A DNA stretch of 62,922 nt, the filler included, from Chiloscyllium plagiosum (lineage: Eukaryota), in NCBI RefSeq assembly GCF_004010195.1. It is 5 parts of one record of this genome, joined end to end, with 100 filler letters (N's around TTAATTAATTAA, not from the genome) between each part and the next. Parts side by side here need not be neighbours in the genome. Positions count along the whole stretch, not along the records: positions 1 to 26,922 come from NC_057712.1; 4 more parts are not named here. One strand, given 5' to 3'. A program made the translations under genes and the position numbers. The notes beneath the pieces are model-generated. The model was not told where the DNA came from, searched no databases, and saw nothing but the letters and a program-made list of their open reading frames with translations. Positions 1-13,075 of this stretch are shown piece after piece. How positions within the stretch are numbered: position 1 is the stretch's first letter; the number at the start of each line of letters is the position of its first letter.

Positions 1-198
1 TCCAACGCCCCTCCCCCAAGTCCCTCCTCCCTACCTTTTATCTTAGCCTGCTTGGCACACTCTCCTCATTCCTGAAGAAGGGCTCATGCCCGAAACGTCG
101 ATTCTCCTACTCCTTGGATGCTGCCTGACCTGCTGCGCTTTTCCAGCAACACATTTTCAGCTCTGATCTCCAGCATCTGCAGTCCTTACTTTCTCCTG
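1..198 (+). mobile_element. Penelope-like element tail (family A) with hammerhead-like core at 72-99
   Basis: Near-identical to 51471-51668. Contains CTGAAGA-A-GGGC-TCAT-GCCC-GAAA-CGTC. Confidence 0.7.
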
Positions 199-455
199 AC
201 AGAAAACAAAGTCATGGTCAATATATGTTGTATTCTCAGAGATTGGTACAGAAACTGTTGTTTTTCTTTTGATAAGCACAAATGACTTAGGCGGAGATAT
301 GCAGGACACATTTTCAAAATTTTCTGATGACAAGAAAACTTCTGAAGAGGAGAGTGTTGGGTTAATGGCATGGCTGAACAAGGGAGGTAATGCCCCAAGT
401 GATATTGTCACTGGGATCGAATCCCAACATGGCACTGGGTGAAGTTTGAATTCAA

Positions 456-801
456 GGGCAGAACAGCGACTCAGTGGTTAACACTTCTGCCTCACAGCGC
501 CGGGGACCCGGGTTCGATTCCAGCCTCAGGTGACTGTCTGTGTGGAATTTGTACATTCTCCCTGTGTCTGCGTGGGTTTCGTCTGGGTGCTCCGGTTTCC
601 TCCTACAATCCAAAGATGTGCAGGTAAGGTGAATTTGCCATACTAAATTACTCATTGTGTTCACGGATGTGTAGGTTAGGTGCATTAGTCAGGGGTAAAA
701 TGTAGAGTAATGGGGAATGGGTCTGGGTGGGATAGTCTTCAGAGGGTCAGTGTGGATTTGGTGGGCTGAAGGGCCTGTTTCCGCACTGTAGGGATTATAT
801 G
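456..801 (+). mobile_element. HE1-like tRNA-derived V-SINE, inserted in an older SINE
   Basis: A-box (GACTCAGTGG) and B-box (GGTTCGATTCC), V-domain-like core, CR1-like tail. At least six other copies in the window. Confidence 0.85.
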
Positions 802-882
802 AAACAATATAAATCTGGAATCAATATGGTGACTGTGTAACCATTATCAATTGTCATAATAATGGAGCAAGGAAATCTGCTC

Positions 883-1092
883 AACAAAGAACTTCTGGAA
901 ATCAGAAACAGAAATTGCTGGAAAAATCAGCCTGTACATTATAGCGCAGTACAGGCTCTTTGGCCCTCAATGTTGCACTGACCTGTGGAACCAATCTGAA
1001 GCCCATCTAACCTACACTATTCCATTATCTGGCAGCTTCTGTGGAAAGAAACCAAAGTTAACATTTTGGGTCCAGTAACCCTTCCTCAGAAT
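883..1092 (-). mobile_element. PLE tail (family B) with 10-bp target-site duplication, interrupted by a 94-bp insert
   Basis: GGAAATCTGC at 871-880 and 1093-1102. Decayed hammerhead-like core on the minus strand at about 1060-1088. Confidence 0.7.
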
Positions 1093-1614
1093 GGAAATCT
1101 GCCATCCTTTTCTGGTTTGGCTTGCATGTGAGTCCAAACTTATAGCCTCTAAGTTAATGAGAGACGGGTAATAAATGCTGGTCTATGTGAAACAATTTAA
1201 ACAAAAAAAATCAGGGGAATGAAACTGAGTTGTGAAATGATGAAACTCTGATGGGAAGGCAATACAAACTAAAGGGCACAACTCTGAAAGAAGCAAAGGG
1301 ACTGGGAGTGTTCACTGGGCAGAGGAGGTTGAGAGAGTGGTTAATGAGAGATCCTAGATTTTACAAATAGAGATCAAACACACAATACAAAGGAAGAAGA
1401 TTATGCTGAGAATTTATAAAATACTTGGTCAACCTCAACTAGAATATCATGCCCAACTCAGGATACAGCATAAAAAAAAGATGCAATGACATTGGAGAGA
1501 ATGCAGGAGAGAAATTAAGAGAAAGGTTTCAAGTAATTCAGTTTTGTTTCCTTCTTTCATGGAATGTGGATGTTGGTGTTGCCTATTCCCTAATCACCAT
1601 TGAGAAGTTGGTGG

Positions 1615-2911
1615 TGTTAGCCAGAGGTTGCACATACATAACAACAGCAGCTGTGAACTGACGTTCCCTGAGCCCTAGCTGCTGGCCCAAGCCGGTTGGA
1701 GGTGGTTCAGCCCTGAGGGATGGCATAACGGGGAAATCTTTATTTGGTAGAAGAGTAACGAGGGCGTCCTAAGCGTGTCTTTGAACTGAGCGTATCGTGG
1801 AAAGACACCGGCGCTCAAATGAGTCTGAACCAAAAAGAACAAGACACCACTGTTCGGGAAGATAAGGAAAAAGGATAAGAATGAAGGATTTTGGTGTGCT
1901 GCCATCAGCAAAAACTCCAGAGAGCATCCTTCGCAAAGTGGTGGACCTCACACTTGGAAATGTGGAGAGGACCCCAAGACCTGGGAGAAATCAACTAGCC
2001 AGTGCGAACTTCCATAGAACACAGAACATAGAACATTATAGCGCAGTACAGGCTCTTTGGCCCTCAATGTTGCACTGACCTGTGGAACCAATCTGAAGCC
2101 CATCTAACCTACACTATTCCATTATCATCCATATGCCTATCCAATGACCACTTAAATGCCCAGAAAGTAGCCAAGTCTACAACTGTTGCAGGCAAAGCAT
2201 TCCATACCCTTACTACTCTCTGAGTAAAGAAACTACCTCCGACATCTGTCCTATATCTATCACCCCTCAATTTAAAGCTATATCTCCTCATGCTAGCCAT
2301 CACCATCCTTGGAAAAAGGCTCTCACTGTCCATCCAACTTAACCTTCTGATTATCTTATATGTCTCAATTAAGTCACCTCTCAATCTTCTTCTCTCTAAC
2401 GAAAACAGCCTCAAGTTCCGCAATGTTTCCTCGTAAGACATTCCCTCCATACCAGGCAGCATCTGAGTAAATCTCCTCTGAGCCCTTTCCAAACTTGCAT
2501 ATCCTTTCTATAATGCAGTGACCAAAACTGCAAACAATACTTCAAGTGCGGCTGCACCAGAGTTTTGCGCAGCTGACCTCATGGTTCCGAAACTCGATCC
2601 CTCTACTAATAAAAACTAACACCTTCTTAACAACCCTATTTACGTGGGTGGTATGGTATTGGTGGTAGGGTGGTCTGTTCTTGGGTATTGGCCGTTATCT
2701 TTGTTGATTGTTCCGGGAAAGTCAAACTCAATGGGAATGCATTAGGATTTTAGCCTTGTATGAATCGCATGCCTGCTGTTAACATTCTCCTAACCAGATG
2801 GTGTGAATTGTATGTCTAGTTTAACTAAACTAATGAAGGTAGTGGTTAGTTGATTCTTAGCCTCTTTGTGCTGAGCCAATAACTGTTGTTGAGGGCAGTA
2901 ACTGGGCAACA
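1615..2911. mobile_element. Solo LTR (about 665 bp net) interrupted by a CR1 fragment
   Basis: TG...CA ends with imperfect inverted termini (TGTTAGCCAG / CTGGGCAACA). 4-bp TSD GTGG at 1611-1614 and 2912-2915. Removing it restores a SINE-like GAGAAGTTGGTGGTGAGCTG. Confidence 0.75.
2013..2648 (-). mobile_element. CR1/HER1 LINE 3' fragment
   Basis: ORF 2109-2492 gives the CR1 ORF2 C-terminus (LFSLERRRLRGDLIETYKII...FFTQRVVRVWNALP). (TTCTATG)n tail. Confidence 0.92.
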
Positions 2912-3989
2912 GTGGTGAGCTGTGTTTTTGCATCATCTGAAGTCCATTTGGTCACCCACAGTTAACATTGGATAAAGAGTTTTATTCGTTTTTGACTTTT
3001 CCATTGTAGGTTGGAATAGTTTGCTTGGGTCAAACACACTGCTATGAATCCTGAGTCACATGTAGGCCAGATTAGTCCAGCTGGATGGCAGATTTCCTTC
3101 CCTAATGGACATTAATAAATCAGTTTTTTTTTTCACGATAGTTGGGTTGAAATGTCACCATTTGTGATACTAGCTTTTAATTAATTTATGAATTAATTGG
3201 AAAATATTTAAACAATCATCATGGTGCAATGTGAACTCACATCCCCAAAGCATTAGCCTGGGTCTTTGGATTACTGGTCCAGTAACATTACCACCCCACC
3301 TTATCCCTAGATCGATACATTATAGAAGGTCTACAGAGGAGCAGATGGAGGCAGGGGGGTGTTGGTCTGCAATATTCGAAATCGTGCAGCATTTAGATGG
3401 ATTAGATAGGGAAATTGTTTCTCTTGGTAGAAGGTTTGAGAAGGGTATAAGGCATATGGCAGAACAATTAAAGGTGATTTGAAAAAGAACGCTTTTATGA
3501 AGTGAGCTTTTAGGATTTGGAATGCAATACCTAAGAATGCAGTGGAGGATTCAATCAGAAACATTCAAAAGGAAATTGTATAAATTATGTGAAAAGTGAA
3601 AAATGAATGGTGGGGCTACAGGGAAAGGGAAAGAGCATGGGATTAGCCAAACTGGTCCCACAAAAATCCAGTCTGATGGGCCAAATAACCCGTGTTGTAA
3701 GCATTCCATGATTCTGTGACATGACATGGATGAATATTCTTTTGAATTATGTTCACTGACGTATTTACTGTGCAAAATCTTCTTTTTTACACATTAATTA
3801 AAACTAGTGTTCCTCAAACATTTAACTGCAGCAGAATTATACCCCATCACAAGCCCTGACAATATGGCCAGGTATTATCTCTCACTCTTCCATTACTATC
3901 AGGACAGGGACCAACCTTGGCCCAATCAGGTGAATGTCTGAAGTGGCACCAACTATACCTAAAAGTGAAGTGAGGTGGAGTTGCAGTGC

Positions 3990-4990
3990 AGGGCTACGTG
4001 AATACTGAATATTGGAAGCAGCATGCTAAAGACAAAACAAGCAACCTCACAACTAGGAGATCAAATCAGAGCTCTGTGTTCTTGCCACATCCAATCATGA
4101 ATGGCAATGGGTAATTAAACAACTCATCAGAGGATGCTCCACAAACATCCCATCAGCATGTCAGTGCAAACAAGAAAGTGAAAACTGAAGCATTTTCAAA
4201 CATAAATGCTGAGTCGATGTTGCAATGTGACCTCTTCCTGATGCGAGTCTTCAGCCAATTCAATTCACTCCATAATGAAGTGGCAGAACACATTAGAAAA
4301 AGTGGAGACAATGTAATACTGAAGATGTGTGATCCAGATCTGTCTGTGTCTCTCTATTGTTCTAATATTGTTCTAATATACTAATAAAACTGACATTGAG
4401 ACAACAATGCTGAAAACTGCCCAGGGCTATCTTACATATAACAATCTTCTCATTGATGCTCAGTTTGGGTTCTTCCAAGACTGCTCAGTTTCAGACCTCA
4501 TTATAGCCTTGATCAAAACATGGAGGGAATAATCAGATTCCAGAGGTAAAGTGAGAGTGACTGTGCTAGGTATCATGGTGAAATTTGAACAATTGTGGTG
4601 TCAGGATCCTGACTAAAATTTAAGTCAATGGGAATCAAAGGGTAGATTCTTCACTGGTTGGAGTCATACTTCGCACAAAGGAAGATGGTTTGGGTTGTTT
4701 GAGGCCAATCATGATAGCCCCAGGACATCACTGTAGGGATTCCTCAGGGTAGTGTCTCAGGCCCAACTATCTTCAGCTGCTTCAGTAATAGCATTCCAAC
4801 TAGAATAAGGTTAGATGTGGAGATGTTTGCTGATGGTTTCACAGCATTCAGTACCCTTCACAATCCCTCAGGCACTAAATTAGTTCATCCCTGTGTTCAG
4901 CAAGACCTAGATAACATTCAGTTTGGCCCAATAAATAGCAAGTAACGCTTGTGACATAGAAAGGTTCATCAATGACTTTCTTTAACAAGA
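3990..4990 (+). mobile_element. Decayed LINE reverse-transcriptase fragment (CR1/L2/jockey group)
   Basis: Motif remnants NLLIDAQFGF, GIPQGSVSGPTIFSCF, MFADG with stops and frameshifts. Confidence 0.7.
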
Positions 4991-5004
4991 CTGGATATAA
5001 TTAA

Positions 5005-5400
5005 ATCTGAATATAATTGAATATTCTTACCCCACCTCCTCACACCAAGCCTTGTTATCACATGGTCTTCTATTACCCACAACCCATTGTTAGCCTCTAA
5101 CAGTCCCCATTAATAGCTATTCATTCTCCCAGGCTGACCATTATCCACTTCTTTATCTGTTCAACAGTTCTTCTCTCTCTTTGAGCCCTATCTCCACTTA
5201 TCCTTTACTCCTTACCCCGTCCCCCCATCCTATTTTCTGCATAAAAAAACAACTTTTTCCCAGCTACCACTAGTTCTGAGGAAGGGTCACCGGACCCAAA
5301 ACTCTGACTTCTCTTCACAGATACTGCTAGCCCTGCTGAGTTTTTCCAGAAATTTCTGTTTTAGTTCCTGATTTCCAGCATCCACAGGTTTTTTTTACTG
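5005..5400 (+). mobile_element. Penelope-like element 3' region and tail (family B)
   Basis: Similar to 27835-28325. AGTT-CTGAGGA-A-GGGTC-ACCG-GACCC-AAAA decayed core at about 5272-5301. Confidence 0.65.
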
Positions 5401-6789
5401 TATCTCCGCTTTGATGTTCAGTGGCATTACCAATTCTTCATTCGCGGGTCCCTCCATTACTGTTGAGTTACTTCGGTCTTGTCAGGTCCTGCTGCCTGCT
5501 TCAGTACCTTGCAGTCTGTTCTGATGATATGGATCATGTTGGGAGCCAACCAGAATTGTTAACCAGCAGGAGGAGAATGGGGTGTTTGTGTTCAGTCGTA
5601 TGGATGAGTTTAACTGCATGCCACCTCCACACGCATTGATCCTCATTCATTAATAGCCAGTTGTTGAGATAGCAGTCCTACCTGCCTCTCCAACACCCTC
5701 CTTCGTCCTGCCCACAATAGGTGCAAAACGCACTGAAAATATTGAAATAAATACCAGGAGCTAGCTTACCTCAGGCCTGAAACCAAACCAGTGACTGTGC
5801 TTTGTACTTATTCCCACAATTCCCACTGAGTTGGACGATTACGTGAAGGGAGAAATTTTAGACAGTCACATGGACAAGGCAGGGGAATGGATCTAGCTGA
5901 ACAGTTCTTAAAAAGAGCCAACATGAGCATGATAGATCAAATGGCCTCCTTCTGTGCTGTCACCATTCTATGATTATAATTAAAACAGCAGTAACGTAAA
6001 CCCTGATAAAACCATTACCACATCGCTGAGTTATGAAATTACTAATAGTAATGAAATAAATACTTCACTAAAATCAATAATCAATTGGAATGCTTAATTA
6101 ATCAGAATGCAGCTGTAGGCTAAAAGGAACAGTAACTATTGAAATAGTTAATGATTCATTCTTAAACATCTGGATTAAATCAACTGATGTAAGGACCAAA
6201 CATAAATCTATCTAATGATTACTCCTCTTGGCTGTGAAAAGTTAAGCATGGCATTTATGTAATTTGTGAATTAGCACATCTTTCCCAGGTAAAATGATAT
6301 ATTTACACAACAGACCCATTCTCTGGGGATTGGCTGATGTACTTTCAATCACAAATTTCTGAAAAGGCAAGTTTAGTTGATTTCACAGTTGTTGGTTTCC
6401 CCTTAGTGATAGTTAATAGCTTAGATTATTATAAAATGTCTTCAGAACGGAGAGATGTATGAACCGAGGTTGCAAATTGTTTGATAATGTTCCAAAATGA
6501 TATTCAGATGGATAAGTTACAAATTGAGACCTAGGTCTTAGATGAGAAGTTAATGATGAAAGTTTCTACAGGTTCTAAGACCCCACTGTGCAAGTTTTGA
6601 ATAAAAATTATTACTATCAGAAGTATTAACTTTCACATTTAAATTTTGCATTATTTGCTGTACATGGAATCTCTACAATGTGGAAGCAGGCCATTCGGCC
6701 CATTGGTCTACACAGACCCTCCAATGAGCTTCCTACCCAGACTCACCCCATCCTTGTAACCCTGGATTTCCATGGTTAATTTCCACCTA

Positions 6790-7566
6790 CACAGCAACCT
6801 CTGTCACTTCCTCTGGCCAATCATTTCTTACATACACCATTTGCTGGGTGAAAAAGTTACCCATCAAGTATTTTGTAAATCGTTCCCCTCTTACCTTAAA
6901 CTTATGCATTCCCCTACCCTGGCTATTTACCCTATCCATGCCCTTCATGATTTGATAAACCTCTAAAAGGTCACCCCTCAGCCTCCAGCACTCCTGGGAA
7001 AATAACCCCAGCCTATTCAGCCTCTCCCTATAACTCAAACACTCCAGTGTGGACAACATCTTTGTAAATCTCTCAGGGTTAGCTGCATCTTTCCTGTAGA
7101 AGGGCGAACAGAATTGTGCGCAGTATTCCAAAAATAGCTTCATCAATGTCCTGTACAGCGACATGACATTCCAACTCCTATATCCAGATTCTAACAAATG
7201 AAGACAAGTGTGCCAAATGCCTTCTTCCCTACCCTGCCTACCTGCGACTCCACTTTCAAGGAATTAAGAACCTGCACTCCAAGGTCTCTTTGTTTAACAA
7301 CACGTCCCAGGACCGTACTATTAAGTGTATAAGCCCTGCCCTGATTTACCTTTCCAAAATGCAACCCTTCGCATTTATCTAAATTAAAATTCATCTGCCA
7401 CTCCTCAGCCCATTGGTCCATTTGATCAAGATCCCACTGCATTCTGAGATAACCTTCTTTACTGTTCACCACACCACCTATTTAGGTATCATCTGCAAAC
7501 ACTCTAAATATACCTTATACATTCACATCCAAATTGTTCACATAAACGTTGAAAAGCTGTGGACCC
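6790..7566 (-). mobile_element. CR1 LINE ORF2 fragment
   Basis: ORFs 7191-7472 and 6787-7197 (WQMNFNLDKC, RDLGVQV, LEYCAQF, RLRGDLLEVY). Confidence 0.9.
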
Positions 7567-7809
7567 AGGAAAATTGTGTTAGGATGGTAATACAGAACTA
7601 GTATGACATCAAAATGAAACCGTTTTGATGAACCAAATGTTGACTTTTGCAGTGTTTGTTACTGAAACAGACTCACACAAGGCTTCAAATGTTCTTTAAC
7701 AATAGATCGTATTGTTATTGCACAAAAGAAGTGAAAATAAAATGAAGCTCTGTACTGAAGACAGTTCAAAATATTTTAACATAAACATTCAAACAAAAAT
7801 GTCACATTC

Positions 7810-8560
7810 TGAAGTTGTGGAGTTCAATATTGAGTTATTGTGAGACTATATTATGTTGCAGTGAATCCAACAAGCTAAACTGAAGGAAGTCCAAGTAAAA
7901 TACTGCTGCATCTGGAAGTTGACCAGGATATCACAGATGGAGTGATCCCTGTGCATTGCTAACATTCCCTATGGTAGGGGAGTCTAAAACTAGAGGGCAT
8001 AGGTTTAAGGTGAGAGGAGAGAGAGAGAGATAAAGAAGGGTCCAGAGGGACAATTTTTTACATAGAGGGTGGTGAGATAGGTACATGGATGGGAGAGATT
8101 TGGAGGAATGTGGACCAAATGCAGGCCAATGGGACTAGTTTAATTGTGGAGACTGGGCGGCATGGACACGTTGGACCGAAGGGCCTGTTTCCATGCCATA
8201 AACCTCTATGACTATAATGTTGGTGATGGTATTCCTGCTGAGCAGGCAGAAATGGCAGAAGATTATCCTTTGAATGCAGTGACTAGCAGGATGGAAATTG
8301 TGGATGAAGGGTTGCTGTTCTGGGAAGGAGGAGAAAGGATGAGGGTAGAAGTGTGGACAATGGGCCAGGCACGTTTAAAGGCCCATACATGTTTGGGGGT
8401 GGGGGAGTGGGGGAGTGGGGGCAGGTCTCTGGTTGAGGACAAAGCAGGACATGTCAGAGACAAGCCATTGGAAGGTGACATCATTGGAACAAATACTTCA
8501 GAGATGGAAAAACTGGGAGAATGGAATGGAATCCATGTAGGAAGTAGTGTGTGAGGAAGT
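7810..8560 (-). mobile_element. Penelope-like element ORF remnant, interrupted by a + strand CR1 3' end (about 7965-8215)
   Basis: Minus strand near 8480-8540 reads DSIPFSQFFHL*SICSNDVTF, resembling the PLE RT C-terminal SIP(F/Y)SQFLRLRRICS motif. Confidence 0.65.
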
Positions 8561-8569
8561 GTATGGGAG

Positions 8570-8995
8570 GTAAATGTGCTACATCTGGACGGCCAAAAAT
8601 TAGCACTCCGACAGGATTGTTCTCTCAACTCTCAAATGGCTGAAGTTCCTTGGAAGGACAGACAAAATTCTTCAGACATTCTGAATGTTTGCATCAAGCG
8701 TAACAGTCTTGACATTCATGACTGGGAGCTGCCAGTTGCTATTGGTCACTGTGAATGATGACAGCTTGCCCATTACTCTGCATCATGCTTTGTGTTCAGA
8801 AGCTTTAATGATGAGGCTTGGCAGCACCAGAGAAGGAAAGGAAAGGAAGCAGTTGCTGCTCTACAGATCCTGCTACCTCATGGGACATCCTGCCCCATCT
8901 GTCGAGAATCAGTGCACAGTCACAGGAAAGGCCAGTTCAGAAACTCACAAACCCTGAGTCAACATCATCCTTGAATCGAGAGTCAGCCAGTGACA
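8570..8995 (+). mobile_element. RTE-clade LINE 3' fragment
   Basis: Decayed RTE C-terminal pattern (DILNVCIKRNSLDIHDWELPVA) followed by a CPIC zinc-finger remnant. Confidence 0.55.
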
Positions 8996-9039
8996 AAGAT
9001 GAGTACAGGAAATGGTTGCAGGCTTAGCCATCCCCACTT

Positions 9040-9375
9040 GGGGAGGTGATGGCCTAGTAGCATTGTTGCTGGGCTATTATTCCAGAGACCCAGGTGATGT
9101 TCTCCAGATACAGGTTCAAATCCCAGCATATCAGATGGTGGCATTTGAATTCAATTTTTTAAATTAAATCTGATATTAGGAGTCTAGTGATGACCATGAA
9201 TCCATTGTTGATTGTTGAAACACACTCATTTAGTGCATTGATGTCCTTTAGGGAAGGAAATTGCCACCTGGTCTACATGTGACTCCAGACCCACAGCAAT
9301 GTTCTCTGGGCAATTAGGAATGGGTAATAAATGCTGACCTAGCCAGACATGCCCACATCCTGGGATGAATAAAAA
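9040..9375 (+). mobile_element. Second tRNA-derived SINE family
   Basis: GGTTCAAATCCC B-box. Homologous copies at about 340-1180 (split), 3040-3300 (-), 18975-19330 (+) and 27300-27595 (-). Confidence 0.7.
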
Positions 9376-12300
9376 TTGAATTGATTCCATTTGATACCAA
9401 AGGCAGCTAAACTTTAGTAATTCATTTTTAGATAAACATGTTAGCAGCAATTACAGGCATTAACCATTATTGTCCCTGTTTGTTCAGTTTTCTGTCCCAT
9501 GAACATTAAATCAAACAAATTGTTTCTTTTTGTTCTCCTGTTCCAGTTATCTATGTTAATTCCAGAAGATATTTCAATAGTTTTTAGCAACACCACTATC
9601 TGATCACCAGACCACAAAGATACAGTCACAAATTTAAATTCAAATCAAATAAAATTTCTTATTCCATAGTGAATGAGCTTTACATATTCTTCACATAATA
9701 GTTAGGTACTTCTATGCTGCAGGAAAGGGCAAGGTTGGACCAATGAATAAGGAGGGTAATGGGCCAAGGGCAAATGGGACTAGATTAATTTAGGATATCT
9801 GGTCAGCATTGATGAGTTGGACTGAAGGGTCTGTTTCCATGTGTTATTAGTCTAATACTGTATGGTAATACACTGAAATATTTTCTCAACAGTTATCCAC
9901 AACTATAAAGGTCTGTGGAAATCAGTTTAAAAAGTCTGTTACTCTTCCCACCAGTTTCCATGGATTATTCATTAAGGCTACATCAGGAACTTTGTGGAAA
10001 GTTAATCTTCTCCTTGATTGCTGATCGCAAGGTTTAAGGCACCAAAGAATTGAGATTATCCCATTTCTAGACGGGTCTACAGTTAAGCATGCTTGAGGAA
10101 GACATTAGCTTGAAGGAAACATTATGCTTGGGCAACAAAAGCAATCTGAAAAAGGGAAGGAAAAAGATTTCACATTAATATTTCACTGCATGTTACAGTG
10201 TACTGTTCGAAACTCAACATCTTTCTATCTTAATGTTGCTATGGAGCTGCTGAAGTCCTCTTTCTTCCTAACATCCAAAAGTGCAAGTATTTCTTATTTC
10301 TTTCTCCTCTTTTTAAATGCCTCAAACTCCTTGCATATTTTATGCAATCACAACAGTTTTTAAAAGACCAAAGTAGCAATCACTTAATCACCATTTGTTT
10401 GACATGATCTTTTTAAACCATGTGGCATCAAGAGAGCACAAGAAATCATAACTTGACCCCAAAAGATCATCACTCATATTTCAACTCATCCAGCCACAAT
10501 TTTAGTGTCTTAGCATCTCTCATTTAGTGACAACTTACATTTATATAGCACCTTTAATGTTGTAAAATGTCCCAAGGTGCTTCAAAGCAATGTTAGGAAA
10601 TAAAATTTGACATAGATATATTAAGACCAACAGTGAATGGCCAAAAGAACAAGTTAAGGAATATCCTAAAGGTGGACAGAGGGGTAGATAGTTAATGTGT
10701 TATGATATATTAGAGACCAGCACGTGTTCAATCAGTGTTTGTGAACACAACATTTTTTGTGTTGTGTTTTCTGTTGACTCTTCACATACCTTATGCTCTA
10801 AGCATTTTGCCTGTGTGACAGTTTTACACGGTTCTGTGACAGTAGAGAACTAAATACTGCAGAGAAGCATATTTTTCCTCTTTAAATCAGTAACAGCGAA
10901 GGATAAAGCTATCAGTTATTTTGAGAATCTGTTTCTCAGTCCAGTGCAACATCAAATCAAGCCAGCAGAGAACTGACACGTGTATATGTATCATAAATCC
11001 AGTTAGCTTCTGTCCGTTAAACAAGGTGCAGAAACCATGGTGACATCCAACATTTACCATACACTTTATGTTCTGCCCTTTAACTCCATAACAATCCATC
11101 AGGTATTAATGTGATTAGCAATTCAAAATAAAACCAATAAAGCTGCTGCCTGAAAAGTCACATAAGGTAGGCATATTGTCAGCCAACCTATAAACATTAC
11201 CAAATATAGATGTGTAAGTGAATATTGTTTATAATTCCCCAGTTTTACTTCCATCAGGATTCATGTATTAGTTATGGTGTCAATTCAAAGTGTATCTAAA
11301 TGTGGACATCTCAAAAGGCTATTTCTGAATTTATACTTCTTTCATACAAAAGGGTTCTAACATAAAACATTTTTGCATGTTTTACAACATCTTTGGCTAA
11401 TCCTATAACCTTTGATGCAGCTCAAAAGTATTCCCAGTATTTGAACTGTTTTAGTGAACTGTTTACACATGACATTTCTATTGAAGAAATAAAAGACTAA
11501 TAAAACTGCTCTGTGATAGCAAATTCAGTGGAAATAAGCCATGGAAAAGGAAAGAAATCTATCAGGTCACCATTGCTAGAAACAGGACAACTGTTTAATG
11601 TATGTTATTCTGATTAAGACTTAGTTTGATTTATTGTTTGGATTAACTGTGTATCTGCCATGGGCATAGAAACCAATCAGGATGTTTATGAAACTCAAAA
11701 CTAAACTATTTAGAAGTTTAAAACAAAAGCAAAAATGCTGGAATCATCAAATAGGTCAGGCAGCATCTGTGGAGAGAACTGATATGCTAAGATTTTAGGT
11801 GTGGACGTTTTGACAGAACTGGAACATTTTACAAATGAAAAGAGCATTTACAAGGGAAAATAGCACACACATAAGGGAGAAATTAAATGTTCTATAAAAT
11901 GGCTAAATGGAAAACAGGAATATTTAAAGTGATCATAACATTAAAAATAGAAGTCATAATAAGAGAAATTAAAAGTATTTGCAAAACATATAAGGTTGTG
12001 AATACAATGGTTGAGGTACTGTTGTTTAGGAAAGATAGTTACAATGTTTGCATAGAACAATTGCAAAACGGGTCTTAGAGAAGAATAAAATTGGAACCAA
12101 AGATTCCCTATCAATTGTAGAGTGTAAAACACAGTTTCCACCCAATATAGAAATATATCCCTTCTTGTTTGGAACACAATAAAACGTTTAACACACGAGA
12201 CAAAAGTATTGTTTCCACATCCCAGATGATACAATGGGTGTGTTCAAGGTAAAACTGGCAGCAAACCATCAGAGGTTTATATGAATCAACATTTGGGGAT

Positions 12301-12759
12301 TGGGATCCCCCAACAAAGGGGTTGAGGTTGCTCTAACAAAACCATAATTACCATAATTGGAGCAGCTCACCATCATGATTCACTGATTATTTTCTTTTTG
12401 TTTAAGATGAGGAGAAACTTAATTATTATAGCAGCACCCCTTGGGAGAAGGGACCAGTGCATTTGTGCACCAGGCCTGCTCAAGTTGCCTGAGAATCCCA
12501 GATGAGTCTGCAAGCAAAAATATCAATCCTGACTTTGTTAGAAGGCAAAACAGGGCATGTACTGGACCTGATATGGGCACACCTATGCTCATAACCTGAC
12601 AGCAGGCAGAATGTGCATGATTTAGAATATGCAGGGGAGGATAGATTTATTTGTAGCACACTTGGAGGGCTGGAAGTTCAAAGTTCAGCCACGTACTGCC
12701 TTTAATAGTGCCGTTTAATAGGGCTTCCAGTCAAAAGGATAGTCATGAAGATTGATAAA

Positions 12760-13075
12760 TTGATTTATTGTCATTGTACCGAAGTACAGTGAAAAGCTTT
12801 GTTTACGAGCAGTACAAGCAAATCAGAGTAAGTAAGGATGTACAGAATAAAAGATGTACAGATAACATTGCACAGGGCGTACAAGAGAGAGCAATGTTAA
12901 CAAGGTCAGAGTTATTTGAGGCTAGTGTTCATTCAACAGCCTAATGGCAGTCAGGAGTAAGCTGTCCCTGAACCGCTGGTGCATGTGCTCAGGCTTCTGT
13001 ATCTTCAGCCTGAAGGAAAAGGTTGTGAGAGATCGTTACCGGGGTGCAAAGGGTCTTTGATAATGTTGGCAGCTT
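12760..13075 (-). mobile_element. Rex1/Babar-type LINE 3' end
   Basis: Minus strand reads FPSG*RYRSL...RFRDSLLLTAIRLLN (one frameshift), like the Rex1 LPSGRRYRSL...SFFPxAIRLLN C-terminus. Confidence 0.65.

Noticed and set aside
456..530. tRNA genes at SINE heads
   Set aside because: The A/B boxes run straight into SINE bodies in every copy, and no complete cloverleaf is evident.
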